DNA of 64,000 nt from assembly GCA_050084515.1 (NCBI GenBank), contig CM114271.1, forward strand, positions 41,478,001 through 41,542,000. The letters run 5' to 3'. Position numbers and translations under genes: made by a program. Positions 13,791-27,409 of the stretch are shown piece after piece (position 1 is the first letter of the stretch; each line of letters starts with the position of its first letter). The stretch is from Blasia pusilla (taxonomy: Eukaryota). The notes beneath the pieces are model-generated. The model saw only the letters and a list, made by a program, of their open reading frames with translations, searched no databases and was not told the DNA's origin.

Positions 13791-14254
13791 GGGATAGAAC
13801 AGATTACCCGAAGTTTTTAATGCTTGTCTTGGTAATGAGATTCTCCCTTCCTTTGTATTTATTCACCATGTGCTATGTCCATTGGCCCCCCTTTTGATTT
13901 GTAAATTTCTTATTTAATAGTTTTGCAAACGCTGCCGATCTAAACACTCGATTTGGATTGGTATGGTGAAGTTTCACAAGTGCGATTATGTCATCAGGCT
14001 CTATGAAATTAGGAAGCCTAAGGATAATTAATGATAGCTTGGGAAGCAAGTGTGAGTAATAACGCGCTCGACGATTGGAGTCGACCACGTATTCCGTTAT
14101 TTACCGCGTAAATAACGGAAAGCCTCTCCACAAGATAAGAATGAAACCCAAAGGCATACCAACGTAATTGGTGTTGTCAAGGCGACTACCATGGAAGGGC
14201 AGGAAAAACTCCCAGCTTGTAGAAAGGAGTATTCTTAACCCTAGTGTCTTCCCT

Positions 14255-14553
14255 GGCGGGGCATTTGGTAATGGGAACCTTTATAGCCAAGATACGGAAC
14301 GGAAACAAGTGCATTGAGTGCAGCTTTCTTTAGCAATGGAGTGAAGCATGTTTTGTAATCACTTGCCACAGATCTAAATGGTGCTTACCGAACAATACTT
14401 TTCTCCAGATCATGGCCACCATATTCTTTCCGTCAAATCGAAATTTACTTAGTGACAACGGTGGTTGGTGTAACCCTCCGCGACGCCACTGTGACCTGTC
14501 CCAACCTTCATTTACTCGATTAGCTGAATATCGAGCTGGTATAGTTCCAGTCA
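14255..14553 (+). pseudogene. Alpha-expansin fragment (DPBB domain, roughly one exon), frameshifted
   Basis: GGAFGNGNLYSQ/(fs)YGTETSALSAAFFSNG..ACFVITC..KWCLP...NGGWCNPPRRHCDLSQPSFTRLAEYRAGIVPV matches the EXPA consensus; HFD motif changed to HCD. Confidence 0.85.
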
Positions 14554-15991
14554 ATATCCGGGGAGAATCGGGGTTACCTAGCCGGAAGAAATTTAGAATC
14601 AACGGCCAAAAACCGGCAGAATACAGGTTTTCCTTTGTAGTTGTATCTCTTTAGCCAGCCGGATTCAGGAAAATATAAAAAATTACCGTTAATGTACCGG
14701 TTCTGGTTCCAATCCTCTTCAGAAGGTACGCATCCATCCTTGGCTACGTTTCACGGAAAATGTCCTCTTGTTTTACACGATTTTATATTGGAATGTCGGA
14801 TAAAGTCGACAAAAACTTATCCTATGAAGTTACGTCGAATAAAGACACTCATCATAGGAACTGAAAGATGGGCTTAAAGGAACTTTTTGGACTCGACAAT
14901 AATGTTGGTCGTTGGCGAATATCAAAGTCCTTGAGAGATGTCAAGATCTTCCTCTGATACTCGGTCTTTATGTATGCTACATTGCGGTTGCAGAATTCCG
15001 TGCGAAATCACGGAATTCCTTAAGGTATTTTAACGTGATCCTCATTACGACGTAGACGTAGGAGGCGCAGGGGATGTAACCGCCCTCGGTGAAAGAAGGG
15101 TAAGGCGAACCGCTGGGAGCCGATCAGAAGAAACTGGGGTCAGAATTGGCAGAGCAACACCCTTCTCATCAGCGAATCTTTACCTTTCCGAGTGACTTTC
15201 AGCGATGGTAAGACCCACGGCTCACAAGTTTGCGGAGGTTTGATCTACCCGACGGACGATTGGTCTCACTTCCAATGCAACTCTGACTTTCCATCACTTT
15301 CCCGTCTGAAGTGCAGAATCGCGTTGACAGTTGAGGCACATTTGCTTTGTAAAAGTTGCTTCGGTTGAGTATAGAACCAAGTCATTTTTAGTGAGCTTTC
15401 CGAAGGAATTCATTCCATCTTTTCGAATACATATTTTTCTTCGAGTTGCGATGAGATGGAATGACGAGGGATTCGTTGGCAGTTCCGTATATAATATAAT
15501 TGCACTTTGCAAATTTCGACGTGACTCCATCAGGCGTCGTTTTTTTTCCTCTTCCACTCAAGAGTAATATTTGAGATTGATGTGTGCAGTATAATTTATG
15601 AGTTACCCTTCGTCTTGATACTGCATCACCAACTCGCATTCGGAGCTACAGAAATGCAACGTAAATATACAAGAATCACATCGCCTTGCGCAAAGTTCTG
15701 TGACATAATTCCGAAGTACTCTAGAAGGCCATTTCTTTATTTCTTTAAGGAGCAAAGAAACATTTCACTGTTAATTTATGCTATCTATCAACCTACCTAC
15801 TCATTCTCCTACACTCTCCCATGCGAAGAATGCACCGAGCCGGCCTATCAGTTAGCCAGTCAACTCAGCCGTTTCCACAGTATCGAATATGCATGCAGTA
15901 GCGAATAAAACCTTACGGCTGTTTTTATATTCCGAGGCTCCAGTCGACTCCAACTGCACACCGAGATCAAAATTGTAGTGATACTTGACTA

Positions 15992-18014
15992 TCACAAATT
16001 GGTACCGCACAATTGAATCGACGGCCGACGACTGGGAATGACCCGCAGACAGTTTGCCATTTCGCACGATAGCTTAAGCTCCTCTGCCAGGTCGACAGGA
16101 TGCGCGGGAGATGAAGCCCATGAGAAAGCCTGCAAGAGACGAGCCAGCCAAAGGTGTGTTGTGACCATCCCCAACGATCGTCCAGGACACACCCGTCTTC
16201 CGGCACCAAAAGGAGCGAGTCGCAGATCTCCTCCGCGCACATCTACGTCCAGGCCACCTTCATTACACAGGAAGCGACTAGGATTGAACTTTTCTGGATC
16301 TTCCCAAATCTCATGGTTGTGAGTGATGGCCCACATGTTCACCATCGCCGTAGTACCTTTCGGTACGTCAAAGCCACCAAGCTTCACGTCCTCTACCGCC
16401 ATGCGAGCCCACGAAAGCAACGGACCCGGTGGATGTACGCGTAGAGTCTCCTTCACGAATGCTTGGAGTGATGGCAGATTCTCCACGTCTTCGTCTACGA
16501 CCAATCGACCGTGTTCCACAACAGCATCCAACTCGTCCTGCATTTTCTTTTGCCACTCGGGGTGTAATACGACTTCAGCTAACGCCCACTCAGTAAGAAC
16601 GGCAATTGTATCCGTGCCTCTGAAAATCAGCTCCTGAGAATTCAATACAAGATGGGAAGGTGAGTAACAGCTGAACAAGTGACATCTAGAATTCCAATTC
16701 CTATAAATGCACTGTAATCTTGTGTAGCCGCTACAGAAAGTTGCAGCTTACCCAAAGAACGGAGACCATGTCTGAGTCGGACATTTTATCTTCTCCGCTG
16801 AGGTTTAGGAGGACGTCTACAAAGTCAAGCTCGTTTCCAGTCCTGCTAGGCGAGCTCCGGTGATCGTCGATGATCTTCTGGACGAAATCTCTTACGCGAG
16901 GGACGAGATTTGCACACTTAGTTCCGACATCGAACATCTCCAGGTGGCGGAGGCCGGGAAAATGATCAGACCAATTGAACGCGCCAAGAACATCGAAACA
17001 CTCACGGATCATTTCCTCCAGATGGCATGCCTCTGAACATTGGTCACCGAAGTCAAATCTCCGGCCGAAAACAATCCGCATCATGTTGTTCACCGCAGCT
17101 CGTTGCAGGAATGAGCGCACACGAACGGGCCTAGCCTCTGAAAAGAGGCTTCCGTTCAACTTGGTGGTCGATGCGTTGAATATCGCCTCCACCATGAGGG
17201 AAGTTTCCTCGTAACGCACCTGCCTGTGCGCAGTTATCTGCTTTGGGCAGAACAAACTGGTGGCCGCGATTCGCCTTAATCGACGCCAGTAAGGACCTGG
17301 CGCTGCGAACCCCATTGCTCGCTCAAAGAGTAATTTCTCCGCAGCCTGTTTGAGAGGCCTCTCCGCAAAAGCACTACTCATGAGCATGTCCCTCGCAATT
17401 GCTGGATCTGACGTAATTACAACGCGGGTACACCCAACACTGAATGCCATAAGCTTATCGGCGTCATGTTTGAGTGACAAGGCCGCGAGTTTCCTGTGAG
17501 CGTTGCCTTGCATTTCTTTAGCGCAGCCGATGATGGGCAGTCCAGCCGGGCCAGGAGCAATTCTTATTCCCCTCCTGGAACGCAAGCGGACAGGGCTCCA
17601 GGCACTACCTCCTGGTCCTGCCCAGGTCACAAAGACGGTAACAACCGAAATAAGAAGAACAAAAAGGATTGGAAGCAAACACGCGGCTCCGTCGACTTCT
17701 GCACGGATTACGTCGAGAGATGAGCTGAGAGGAGTACCGAGCTCGGCCTCTACCCAGCGACTAAGCCCCGGCAGTAACACAGGGACGACACCACTATCTG
17801 CAATGAAGCACAATGTGCCAGTTGCACACACAACCAGGAGAGAAAAGATGACGCACAGCCTCATTAGTCTGAGACCTCCCGACAGGGCTTTGCCCGATGC
17901 GAAGGTAATGAGACCCATTAGGAATTCGGACACGAATTCACCAACAGATCCAAATGCATCCACTCTGTGAACAAAGGGCGAGGCAGGAGACGAACTTTGG
18001 CGCTCACGATCCAT
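15992..18014 (-). CDS. CYP78A: Cytochrome P450 of the CYP78A (KLUH-like) subfamily; exon 1 18014-16752, intron 16751-16634, exon 2 16633-15992 (~634 aa from the first ATG)
   Basis: [44 protein letters not shown] split by a 118-bp GT-AG intron, [16 protein letters not shown], heme motif [11 protein letters not shown]; no stops. Confidence 0.93.
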
Positions 18015-21000
18015 GGCTGCGAAAAGTGCGGAGGATCAACTATCTAAGATCGATGGTACGCTGTAAATTAGGATGGATGAGGGTAAGGACCTTCAAACGG
18101 CGAATGCCGCGTGCGCGGAGCGATAAGCTAGCAAGCTGTCGCGAGCCCGGCCGGAGGTAGTGGAAGAAGGAGTCTATACACTCGAAGACCGAGATGACTA
18201 TCTTCACAAATCGCCACTATGCTGAATACGTTGCGGTAAGGTTTCGCACAAGCGATGGTAGGCACGCTAGAGATCCACATTCAAGACCTCTCGGGCGTCC
18301 TCCGAGCACAATTCAATTAGCCGGCAAGGGGAAAGAGGTGATTGATGACTGGGCCTTGAGGATTATAAAGGAGTAAGGAAGGCGGCTCACGCACAAGACA
18401 GGCCACAGTGATACCCAACGCACTAGAGAAGCCTACGGTGCAGGCTTAGGTGTGTCTATATAGTATAGGCAAAACGGTTACCCTGACAAAACTGGCATCG
18501 TGTCATCGACCGCTACTCAACCCCGTAATCGCACAGCAGTCATGACTCATGAGAGGAGGGTGAGGAGAGCGACTCTTGTTTCAGTTCCGGCGGTCCATCC
18601 ACAAGGACAACGTCTACTTCATGCTGCGACTCGCGGGCAGACATGGATGGATGGCCTGCGCTCTCTGTTGGCTGTGCCCAACACAGTACTGTCGGTGCCA
18701 AGTTGGTCTTCGAAATCTGAGCCGGAGGGCCTCCAGTGGTGGGCTAGTTTTCACTCAAACCTGAACTGGGGCACACTGCACGCCTGCGGTAGCAAAGCGC
18801 AGTGCGCTGTCTCGCGCTGATTTCGGTTGGTGATGACGGCCGCGACGGGGGAATGTTCAGTGTGGGCTTTGGGCCGCGGGGGTCCCGGGTAGGGGGCGCC
18901 GGGCGGTGGGAGGGTGTTATGAATGCCACCATTAAGTTCCAGTGGGCATAATAAATAATAAAAAGCTACACAACACGCACCCTAGTGTAGGTTTTCGGAT
19001 TTTTCTTTGAGAATGCTGAGTTACATATCATAACCATAACCATCTAGCTACAATCTGCTAGAGAGAGGGTGTACTGAAAGTACCGTCACGGACTTCTCTG
19101 GTTGTGATATCTTACCGTTTTCTGTTTGTTTCGCTAAAATGATCAGAAGCTATGTTCACGTAAAGGCCATTGCAGAAACCCAACCAACGATGGGCCTACC
19201 CGGATACTGTAGTCATAGCGTGCGGTTGAATTCCGGAGTGGTCAGGAAGGGGGAGGATACTCGGGCGATATCTAGATTTCCCTCCTGCAAGACTGCGATT
19301 TTGGAATCTCCGACTTCGACGCCCTCGCTGGTTGAGAAAAATGAGAAAATAAAATGTCTCATCACTTAAGCCTTTGTACCCAAAAGAAGTTCTTGTCACT
19401 TCATGACGCGTACAAAAGTGTCTTCGGCAATATTATTTCATAGAATACTCACTGTGGGAAAAAGTGCATGAGCATGGAACTATGATTGTCGTCACTGTTC
19501 CTGGATAATATGAGCTGGTCGGTTCTACGTTGCTCATAGAATCTCTAAGAAAATGTAGAGGATAGTGGTACAGTTTAAGATTTCGTCGCATGTCAACTGT
19601 CGCGGTTGTCGTCTGCCCCATGCTTCGGATCTGAAAGGATGTTCCGGAGAAAAAAAATCCGAGACGGGGATGAGACTGGTTCTGATTTCGTGATACTGCG
19701 GCTTGTAACTTTTCCCCAGGATCGCATCTCCGGAAAGATGCTTTAGGTGGGGGGAAATTGTGGACAATCTTGTCCAGGACTGGAAGCGAAGGACGTTGTC
19801 CTGTTTCTCAACGACATGACAGCAAGAGCGATTGGAAAGACTATTCGGCGAATAAACGCCAGGCGATAAACAAGGAGGGCCTTACAAACCTACACGCTGC
19901 TACTGTAGTCATTAGCTGCGGGTCCTGACCGGCAGCCCGACAGTGTCTTCTGCACAGTGAGACAGGGAAAGAAATTAAACGCTAACCATGACGTTGACAC
20001 TCACGCGAAGGAAGAATTTAAATCTCAAATGCGAGGCCATCAACACGAAGTTTGTGCCCATAGGTTATCCTTTCACTCTCTTGGACGGTATTCCTACGAG
20101 TAAAATTGTTCGCGTCTGCAATCCGTAACGAACGACAATGGTACCGTGGGTGCTCAGGTGATACTGGACCTGGTATTTGCATGAACCTGGTCACCTGAGC
20201 ACCCTTGGTACCTAGTGGTCCAAGGGTGCTCAGATGAAAGAGTTTGAAAGCAGAACATCAATTGCCACGAAAAAGAACTTTTCTGAGCGTGAACGTCGGA
20301 TGCTGTCGTTTCGCTATCATAAAGACAGTTATTTCATTAGTCTCTGGTTGCGTAGACGACCGTAACTGCTGGATGGAAGTCGAGGAGTCTCTCAGGAGAT
20401 TTGGAAGCAGAGAAACCTAGAATGCGATCGGTTTCAAGATGCAAGGATCGAATTCGATAGCTTGGAAAACTTACGAGAACTGTACAGATTTGAATCACGG
20501 GTGCGGGCTGGCCGTGAATGCGATGCAACTTGTGATTCAAGCGAGAGGATCCCCATAGTTGTTGGGCGCCTTCAAGCCACATTCCACTAGGCAAGCCCAG
20601 CTGCCCAGGACCACAGTGATCACACATTTCTTGTGAAAGGTAGGCGCCTCGGCTGCCGAGCTCCTGTCACCACTAGAAGGCGCTGCTCGCCGCTCAGACG
20701 GTCATGAGTAGCGAAGTATATCGTGTAAGTCGCTCACGATTGTTTACAATCTGGCAATGGCTTTGGAGAATAGTATGGCTGTTCGCGTTTATTTCGTGTT
20801 CATGAAACATTCCGGGGGTTGGGCTATCACTGTGACGGCATGGCAGCTGTCATGGCCCCAATGGGCCTCACTCCACGAATCGAAATACCGGGCTGAGCTA
20901 CTAGTATCCATCCAAGCATGTGAAAGGCCTCTGGGTTTTACAGACCTGACTAAGCGCCACGTATTCTGCGGTTGTAGATGGTGCTACCAGCTGTGGCTCA

Positions 21001-24000
21001 CGGCGGGGATCACTCATTGTTTGTGCTTCGTTCGCGCAGAAAACAGTAGTTGATCAGAGCGAACTCAACAGGGCCCTACAATGTGCAGATCAAACAGACT
21101 TGCGGAATGGTACGATCTGGTGACGAAAGAACAGGTCGCAACGATCCACCCTCTGATCGAAATAGTTGGTGAGACTGACCACAATTTGCTTCCGTCCTCA
21201 GAACTCCAGACTCTATGAGCTATTTGGGAATGGGTGCATACGCCACTTTCAAAGGCGTAGACACTGCCCGCTGGCACGCAGCTCGGCATCTTTTGCCGCG
21301 GAGTACGAAAACTGCTGCGTCTGCTTTTCAGTCCATCCCAACAACCGCTGTCTGTCGACGTAGTTTGCATGCTTGTATAACGACTACTAAATGCATTCGA
21401 TCATGTACAAGCAGGTGGTCTCTGAGTTGGCCTCCGGCACAATTAGATAATGCCACCGAGGCTACCTCGAGAAGAAATTGGACAAGATTACCGTACGGTT
21501 CAAAAGAGGGGTACCGTATCCCCTCTAGGACATATCATGATTCGAATGCGTTTAGGGTCGTTTGAATAATTCACGATCAGTAAAAAGAAAACATTTGCAG
21601 TAACTGCCGTCCTTCGACTTTCCGTCCGTAGTAGCAGATGAAGGTTATATGCCGATGGTGCATCAATGTGAGCCTTATCTTCAGACAGATCAGTCGCCTC
21701 TCGGCTTGCCATAGACAAGATCCGTAGTCTAGACCCCTGCTACAGTTAAGGAAATGGATGAGCCGCTCAGGAGCCCTGCCTCCCTCCTGGACCAGACCTG
21801 ACAATTAACAATTAACAAACCAACCCTCCTGAACGGACTCTACGGGACTGGACCTTACCTCATCCTCTCGTACGAGCTTCGGCAGTTCATCCGCGAGCGG
21901 TGCAAGCCAGTCCTCTTCACCTGGTAAATTCTCTTACGTAATTACATTGTGTCCTATATGAACTTACGACTTCGTTTACACACCGGCCTTACACTGCCTG
22001 CAATGGGAAGGCTCTCCCGAACAGAAGCACATTTTTAGCCTGTGGTTCGACATTACCCGAACAGTGCACATGGCTGTTCCATTCAAAAGCGGGACAGTCT
22101 TTTTAAACTTCTAGGTTTCTCTTCCCTATTACACCCACCTTTATTTAGTTTTTTAAATTTGACGCAGCAGTTTCATCCTCTCCATTTTTTTCTCCTCTCC
22201 GGCGGATAATAGTTCTCTCCCGTATGTTTTGATTTTTTTTAATAAAGTTTTTTATTAATTAATTAATTAAATTTTACTTAAATTAAATTTTATTAAAAGA
22301 ATATTTTTTAATGAATTTCCATTAAAATTAAAATTTCAGAGTGACGGACTGATTTATAAATAATTCTTACACTTGGAAAATCGGACCAAATTAAAAATTT
22401 TAAATACGATTAATCGTGCACGACAAAGGCTCCCCACAAATTCCTTGTATTGTAAAACAGTAAAATCACTGGAAGATATATTTGGATGAACTCGTCTTCC
22501 AGAAAGCAATATCGTTTCCGGTTGCTCTTCCGTCATTGCAATCCAATTCGATAAAATACGTATTTGAACCGACAACTTTCACAAAAAATTGCCGGTTGTG
22601 TCCTAACCTTGAGCGGGACGGAGGAATGGGAGCCCTGGGACGTGGGCATTTAAGGCACCTAGATGCCATTGTGGCGTTGTATTGGTGCCAGCCAAGACGC
22701 CGGACGAACAAGTTTGGCGTGCGTTACAGAGGGACGGGATGGCGTCCTTGTCAAGACAAAATTATGGCCGACGGTGTCGGAATGTCAGCGGGCGCCTGGC
22801 CTTAAGTGTGAGTCATCATACAAACATTAGCAGCCTCTACTCCATTTCCCGACTACTGAGCTGCGTCGCTGCGAGCGAGAATACCTATTCGAGTACTACG
22901 CGCACTTCGGTTGCGGCGCTGTACCTTTATTGCAACATCCTGTACGGTTGCCGGCGCCGCAACCCTGACCCCTCCTTTCGACCTTCCGACAGCTAAAAGA
23001 GGCGGCACGAAGGGTCCGAATGGGAAACGGAACTTCCCGACTTCACGTGAGAATTGCGATGGAATTGCATACGTCCGTTTAGGTATTCCATCCCCTTCGA
23101 CAGAAAGGCTGGGAGAATCCCCAACTTTGGGACCATTCCACCGGCTGCCTGCCCTTCTGGTCGCATCGTAGCCGATGTCCGCTCCAACAGTGCAGCCAGT
23201 TTGCAGCCGACTGTTTTCCTGTCGTGTCGGCCGCCATCGCCACCTTTCCTACATGCTCGTACTTCCAGAACTTGACGCTCCGCTGCAACTTGCGTCATTT
23301 TTTTCCGCCCTCTGCTTTCTCATCGTACTAAAGCGGGATTAGTTATGTACTATACATTAAACAAATCTTCCTCTACCTGCCACTCTCACAAACCCTACTT
23401 ACATTTCACGAGCGCCAACGGATTTCAAATGCTCCGCAGCCAGTTGGCAAAAGCGTGCGTGACCTCATTATTTGTATGCCAATATTCATTACTCACTGGC
23501 GGCGGACAAGCTCCTATCCGTCTTTGGGGGAACAAACTTAACGGAGTCGCTGCCCGAGACTACGTTTAAATTCACCATTCATAAGATGATTTCATGATGA
23601 TGCAGCAGCTACTCTGTTCGCTGGACCTACACCGTCCATCTCTGCGTCCGATCCGTCGTCGGCCGTCGCTTTGACTTGCGTCTCAAAAGATACTGATGTG
23701 GCACCCGGCGAACTACTGATCCAATTACGACAGATCGCCCCAACCACGTACATTATCTTGTCGTTATTACTACAACATCATCGATACACCTTTGTGGATT
23801 GTAACACTGGCCGCCATGTGTTGCATACGTTTGTCTTCTAGCAAGTATGGACTTTGCGTCGTGAATGCAGAATGGCCTGGGGCCTAAGCCCGAGAGCAGG
23901 CGCTTTAATACTTTACCTATGACACATAACTCTCCGGCCAGCACTTTCCCGTATCGAAAGGTATCGGGTTTTCTATGAAGTTGGTCAGGTAGCGCCGGGT

Positions 24001-25655
24001 GTCGCCTGTTTTCTCGGATTTCCTCAGGCCCTACTGTAACCAGACCTACGAAAGTTACCGAAGAAGACAAGTTTTGGAAAATTCTAGTAGGTGAGAAGCC
24101 TCGAGACGATGTTTTCGTCATATTTATTTATTTGATCATGATGTAAATACTTTATTCAAGATGTATTGGGTTATGAGGATCCTAATGGTCTTTCATGAAC
24201 AATCCATACTAGCCTCATATGAGTTTTCCAACTTGATGGAATAGATGATTCCCTTATCTTCTTTTTTCTTGCGGGGATGTGGTCTTCCCTCATTCTATCA
24301 TTAGGGCAGCTCAAATCCAGATAGATTAGGGCCAAGTTTGGAGGCCGCCGATGCCCGGGTTATCGTGGATTCCCGTTTGAAGAGACGGGCACCTATTTTG
24401 GTTTGCCATTTTTCCAATTGTGCTTTCGTAGAAACATCCAAAGGAGGATTTTGTCCTCTTTCGGATATATTAAATCTTTTCCTTTATAAATCTTTTAAGA
24501 AATCAATAATGTTACACAAAGTCCACTCGTATGAACTCAACGACAATTTCTAGCTTGCCCGAACCTTTTCCCCGAGGAGGAAACTTGAGTGGCCCTATTT
24601 GACTCCCTTTTTTAAATTTCCGATGGGTTATCCCATCACCTATTTATGAAGGTTTTCTCTCTCTTTTCTACTTTTTCAAATTTTTTTATTTTATCATGAT
24701 CTAAATATTTTATTCAAGGTGTATCGAGTTATAAGGATCCTACATGTCTTTCATGAAAAATCCATAATACCCACAGAGGAGTTTTGTGGGATGGATGATT
24801 CCCTTACCTTCTTTCTTCTAGGGTGAGATGTGGTCTTAACGTATTCGATTACTTGAGTCCCTTTTGTAATTTCCGATGGATTATCTCATCACCCTTTTAT
24901 GAATGTTTTCCCGCTCTTGTCTACCTTTTTCATAATTTTCTTAATGATTACTCCATGAACTTGAGAGCATGGAGGGTTTTGTGGAAAGGGTTGGAAGAAG
25001 GCGTGTATGTTCCTCCCCTCCAAATATCTTAAGTTTGTCATGAGTTTTTGCATCTACTTTTGTGTGATTCTAAACGATGGAATCCTATAAATTATGGCAA
25101 ATTCCTCAGAATTATGCTTATTAGCCTACTCCTAATAGTGGCCATTTAATTTTTTAAAGCAGTCATCTAATCCCATTCCTTTGGTACTTTTAGTTTGAAG
25201 TGACTTCTAGCATAAGATGAGTTGTATCTAGAAAACTACTCTATCACTTTGAAAAGATAAATTTTGTCCCTCCATTCTCCCATTTTTCCCTAGATGTGGT
25301 CTCTAGAATCATATTCTTGATTTTCAAAGAGATCAAGGTGGTCCAATAGCTCTCCCTACAATCAGAACTTAATTCGTCTTGGCAAGGTTACACACTATTA
25401 CACTCTCAATATAAAATACAAGAGTAGAGTCAGTAGCTGTATTATGAGAGCATTTGTAAAGCTTAGATATGAGAATTGTATGAATGAAATTTTAGGGAGA
25501 TGCCAAGATGACGTACATCAAGCCCATCTAGACTTGCTTGGCCTCTGTAATTGAAATTCTAAACCTTGGACCTTGCACAAACCATCTTTTATGTTTTCAT
25601 TTTGCCTTCCTTTGAGATCCAATAATCTAACAATCATCCTTAAGACTCTTCATTT

Positions 25656-27300
25656 GTGTCGGGGTGGTCCCGAGAAAAAAATAGGGAAAGTGTGAGCGTG
25701 CTCGGTTTTCAACAACCTACTATTTTTCTCCCGAACTCGAACAAAAGAGATGAGGTACCTACATACGTATACGCCTCAGGGATATAATTTTGCATGGATG
25801 CCAAACTGATTGCATTTTCCTACTAATCTCTACACGTGACATGTCAATATATCTCATCATCCATACCTTCAAATCATTCAACCAAGGTTCATAACCTCAA
25901 ACCTTGGTACATGGATGGTCATTCGGCATTAACTCGCAACGAAGCTTTAAATTCTACTGCTTACAAGGAGATACATCACGTGACCATAAATTTCATTCCG
26001 TTCAACTCCTCTTTTCTCGCGTTTGAAGTCCAACCAACCCATAAACCCTTGAAGGTCCCTCCTCTTTATATACTCACAAGGGATCCACAAGAGTTCAAAA
26101 TAAGGCTAATCTTATTTTGTGGCTTCCTCTCAAGGCTTATCCAATCCCATGTTGACGCAAGTAGATTACTTTTTATCTCCTCCTAAAGTCTCCTCATAAA
26201 CCCACTCAATATCCTCCCCAATATCCCAACTACCCTAGTCTCGACTTCTTCATCAACCAAGGGTCCGGGACTACTTTAGTTTTATTTTTATTAATACACT
26301 AACCTAGGACTTTACTTTTGTATTTCCCATATCTCATTTATTACCTCATTTCCTAAAATTATGCTTGTACAAATGAAGCATCATAAAGAGGTTTAAACAT
26401 GATATTTTATTTTCCTAAGCTATTTTACTTAATACTTATAAAACTCTCTCTAACACTAATAAGAGTGGAATATCTTGGTGGTGGATCATTTTATCACATG
26501 AAAACGGATTCCATTACAATACCTACACATATCATGCTCCGTAGCTCTCCTCTCTCAACTTCTCTCCAACCTACTCTGCAAATTGTGTTGTCCCAATACC
26601 ATGTTTGGACCAACAACACGATGTTTGTGGCTCCTTGCTCTAGCCTCGCCATACCAACGCGGCCCCCTATACAACCATTCCTTTCATTTTGTTTCCTTCC
26701 ATTACAACTCTATGCTACACCCAAACGCTACTTCCATTGCAATGCCATTGCCATTGCCATTGCCCTACGTCATCCAACTATAAGCGAAACATAGCGAAAA
26801 ATAGGAAATACTTCCAAGCATTGCCTTTGGAACAAAAAAATGACAAGCAAATGTAAACTTCCGTCTCTAGGGACTCCCCATCGAGGCAACTAGGCTACCC
26901 ATCTACATCCATCGAATTTCCCCGTGCCCCCTACCATCTTTCTCATGTAAAATTGAAGTAAAAATACTTACACAACCATATCCACTCTCGAATCTACATC
27001 GGCACATTGAGCCACATCCAACCTCCACCATGAACGAATCCGCACTTCAACATACTAGCTCTTACCAAACCCTAGCAATAGAGCTGCTCCAACGCCTCAA
27101 CATAAATAAGGTGGCTCATGAAATCCTTCTCCCTCATTTTTATACCCTTGGGAAGAGCCAAAAGAGCTCTTCCCCAAAAAATAGCGTAAACTGGTAACCT
27201 ATGCACAAAAGTTACCAAATGACTATAGACTTGGTCAAGAAGTTATCTCACCCAAAGTAGAAAAAAGGGGAAATTTTCCTCGAGGAAAATCCTGACACAA
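25656..27300. mobile_element. Degenerate LTR-like repeat; ~26980-27215 recurs in direct orientation at ~37850-38080
   Basis: Shared blocks gaatctacat...gctccaacg...ctcttcccc.aaaaatagc...tatgcaca. Confidence 0.4.
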
Positions 27301-27409
27301 TGGAGTAATCTCCAATCTCATTTGTTATCTAGGGATGAAGTTATATCCAAAACAACCTAATAACCCTCTACGCAGTGAACACGGTAGAACTCTACCTATC
27401 GGATAACTA

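Noticed and set aside
18194-24121. Many short ORFs upstream of CYP78A
   Set aside because: No recognisable domains; consistent with chance ORFs
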